From assembly GCA_016618085.1 (NCBI GenBank), contig JABLTG010000001.1:310001-374000 (forward strand): 64,000 nt of DNA. Reading direction: 5' to 3'. Under the pieces are notes generated by a model, which saw only the letters and a list, made by a program, of their open reading frames with translations, was not told where the DNA came from and ran no database searches. Made by a program: the position numbers and the translations under genes. Origin of the DNA: Neovahlkampfia damariscottae. Lineage: Eukaryota. Positions 61,348 to 64,000 of the stretch are shown one piece after another; position 1 is the stretch's first letter, and the number at the start of each line of letters is the position of its first letter.

Positions 61348-63844
61348 ATGAACGACGAGAATTTGTCTTGGTAAGATACTTTTAAACTAAAAAAACAATG
61401 ATAGTAGTGAAGGAAATATTCAAAATAGCCCAAAATTAGAATTTGCAAGAAGCCAAAAAAGAAATTCTTCCATTTTTGAAGAAAGATTCAGAAAAGATTC
61501 GAATCCAAGAAGAACAAGTGATGAAATTAGAGCTCAAGTTGTATTTGAAAAACAAATTAAAACTTTACAACCACAAATTTTAATGTCTTTAAGTCTCATT
61601 GAAGGTAACTATTGTTTTCGTACTTTTAAAAAAAAAAGAATCCAAAGATTTAGAGTCATGCAAAGAATTAAGAAAATTATTAGAGTATGGTATTAAAGAA
61701 TTGAATGAACTTGAAAAAAACATCAAAGAAGAAAGTCAAACAAATATTCAAAAATCAAAGTTACGTTGGGGTGAATTAATGACAGAATCAATAGAAAAGA
61801 GATCACGTAGTTCATCACCAAAGGGTAAATATTCTAATGGAAGTCCAATTTCAGAAAAATATAGAGAAAAATTAAATAGAGATGAATGGAATAAAACAGG
61901 TCAAAATTATCAAAAAGAACAAAAAGAAGAAAAGAAAAAAATGGCAATTGAAAAACAAAAAGAGATTTTAAAAAAGAAACAAGAAGAAAATGAATTAAAA
62001 CATAAGAAAGCCATTGAAAATCAAAAGGAACATCTTTCTAAAGTATCTTCAAGTGCAAAAGAAAAGAATTCAAGAATTAATGAAGTTGCTTTCATTCAAA
62101 AGATCAATGATGATAATGAAAAGTTTTTATTATCAAATAAAATGAAACAAAATGAAGAAACACATACACAAAGAAGAGAAGAACAATTAAATTCAATTAA
62201 AAAAAGAATTTCTGTTGATTTATCTACAAAAGAACAAAAAGCAAAAGCAAAAAGAGAAGAATTAGAAATTCAAAGACAAAATGCAATAAAAGAAAAAGAA
62301 AAACAAAGAAAACAAAAAGAAGAATTATTTCAAGAAAGAAGATCATCCATGTTTAAATTTAAATCACCACAAACACCAAAATCAATTCCAAAAAGAAAAG
62401 ATTCAATTTTATCAAAGAATTCAACTTCAAAAAAACTTACATTTAATGAATCTCCTTTACTCAATGCAATCTTATTAAATTTTAAAACATCAATTTCAAA
62501 GTTAAAAAAGAATGAAATGAATAATAATCCAAATGTACCTTTAACAAATTTAAAAGTGACTAGAATTTTTAATGATTTAAAGTCTGGTGTTCAAAATGAT
62601 AAAATTGAAGATTGTAGAACAGCATTAAGAGAATTCATTTCATTACCAGATAATAAAAAAGGATTTGAAATTCAATTCTTTATTCAAGAGCAAATCATTG
62701 ATTATTTAGTTAATTTATTAATTGGAACTATTGATTCAATGGATTCAATTACATCTAATTTATGCTCAAAAGTTTTATTAAAAGTATCAATATTTTCAGA
62801 AGGTGCAACTTATTTAGTTGAACAATTTTTATTTTTCAAACTTTATGATTTATCTTTAAATTGTATTTCAAATGATGAATGTGCAACAAATTTATCAAAT
62901 TTATTTGAAATTATTAATAATTCAATTCAAAATTATAATTCAAATTTGAAATGGAATTTAATTTGGTATATTTCAGAATCTGGATTATTTGATTCATTAT
63001 TCAAAGAATTATCAATTATTCATCAATTAGATCAATCTCAAAGTGTATTCATTCTTAAATTATTAAATTTAATTTCACAAATTATTGATATTGTTGAAAT
63101 GAATGAAATGATAAATAAAAAAGAAAAAGAAGTATTACTTGGAATAATTGAAAACTTTATTGGTTCAACATTTGGTGGTACAGTGAATTTACTTTCACAA
63201 GTTTTAAATGATCATGATCAAAAGAAGGTTATTCCACGTTATATTTTATCAATTTCATTAAATTTATTGAAAATTTTGAATTCTGTATTTTATCAATATT
63301 CATTATATTGTGATGAAGAATGTTTATTCATACAAGTACGAAATTATTCTCAATTCTTAACATTCTTTAGAAATCTTTAAATTCAATTATTGATTTAGAT
63401 AAAATATTTATAGTTCTTTTGAATCATTGTTGTAATCATGAAGCTGTTGTAAAAATCAATCCAAGTTTAACTAATTTAGAAAATTTAACTGACATTAAAT
63501 CAATTTTACATGAATTACTCTTATTTATTGGATATTATACATTAAATAATGATGAAGGTCAATTAATTTTCACTGAAAATCAAAAATTAATCAAATGGTT
63601 AAATGATCTCCCAATGTTTTATTTTGTGTCAGAACCAGAAATATTATTTCCAACTTTGATTTCAATTTGTTTCAGAAATGATGAAAACAAAACAATTTTA
63701 GGAGAAGATTTAAATTTCTCTTTTGTTCGTGAATTCATTAAAGAAAATGATAAAGAATCAACAAGTAAATTTGCATTTTGTAAACGATTTCCATCTCAAT
63801 TCATTACTGAAGCACTCCAATATTTTTCAGAAGAAAAAGAATGA
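61348..63844 (+). CDS. SCAPER: SCAPER-like protein (S-phase cyclin A-associated protein in the ER)
   Basis: 4 exons; coiled coil with RINEVAFI, and C-terminus LHELLLFIGYYTLNN...LPMFYF...ILFPTLISICF...RFP...EALQYF matching the SCAPER C-terminal domain. Confidence 0.82.
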
Positions 63845-63892
63845 AATTGTTATTTTTTATATAAAAAATAAAAATTATGAATGAAACATTTA

Positions 63893-64000
63893 TTAAAGCT
63901 TTTCATATTGAACAGATTTTTCTGCATCATCTTTTTTTCTGATACAAATCGCTGCATAAAGTGGATGCAATATTTTGAATTTAATTAAAAATAATAAATC
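63893..64000 (-). CDS. Possible 3' end of a gene starting beyond the window
   Basis: Open frame ...KILHPLYAAICIRKKDDAEKSVQYEKL* convergent on SCAPER. Confidence 0.4.
   Translation of the reverse strand, partial: DLLFLIKFKILHPLYAAICIRKKDDAEKSVQYEKL

Overview
Extremely AT-rich, gene-dense eukaryotic nuclear DNA using the standard genetic code (TAA, TAG and TGA all behave as stops). I can hand-assemble about 38 protein-coding genes, interrupted by roughly 110 tiny GT-AG introns, nearly all 26-47 nt; this is why the ORF track is fragmented. The gene content is compatible with a free-living protist such as a heterolobosean/discoban amoeba (inference): a TSET subunit, Syp7-like SNARE, PAS-RGS protein, divergent G-alpha paralogues and a mitochondrial-type TOP2. 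I found no rRNA, tRNA, CRISPR array or transposon. Most unusual signals: (1) a splicing system that appears to work by a short length ruler, with micro-exons of 17, 9, 8, 5 and 3 nt and an 82-nt intron in the YAK1 kinase built from two back-to-back mini-introns joined at AG|GT (a zero-length exon or recursive splice site); (2) a CCAAT motif beside almost every start codon; (3) two atypical G-alpha subunits predicted to exchange nucleotide quickly, plus a PH / FixL-type heme-PAS / RGS protein; (4) several unusual proteins: a CCCH-UCH fusion, a membrane-anchored penicillin-acylase pseudoenzyme, a NOL9-like protein without a P-loop, and a glycerol kinase ending in -SKI. All exon structures are manual reconstructions and family calls rest on remembered motifs, not database searches.
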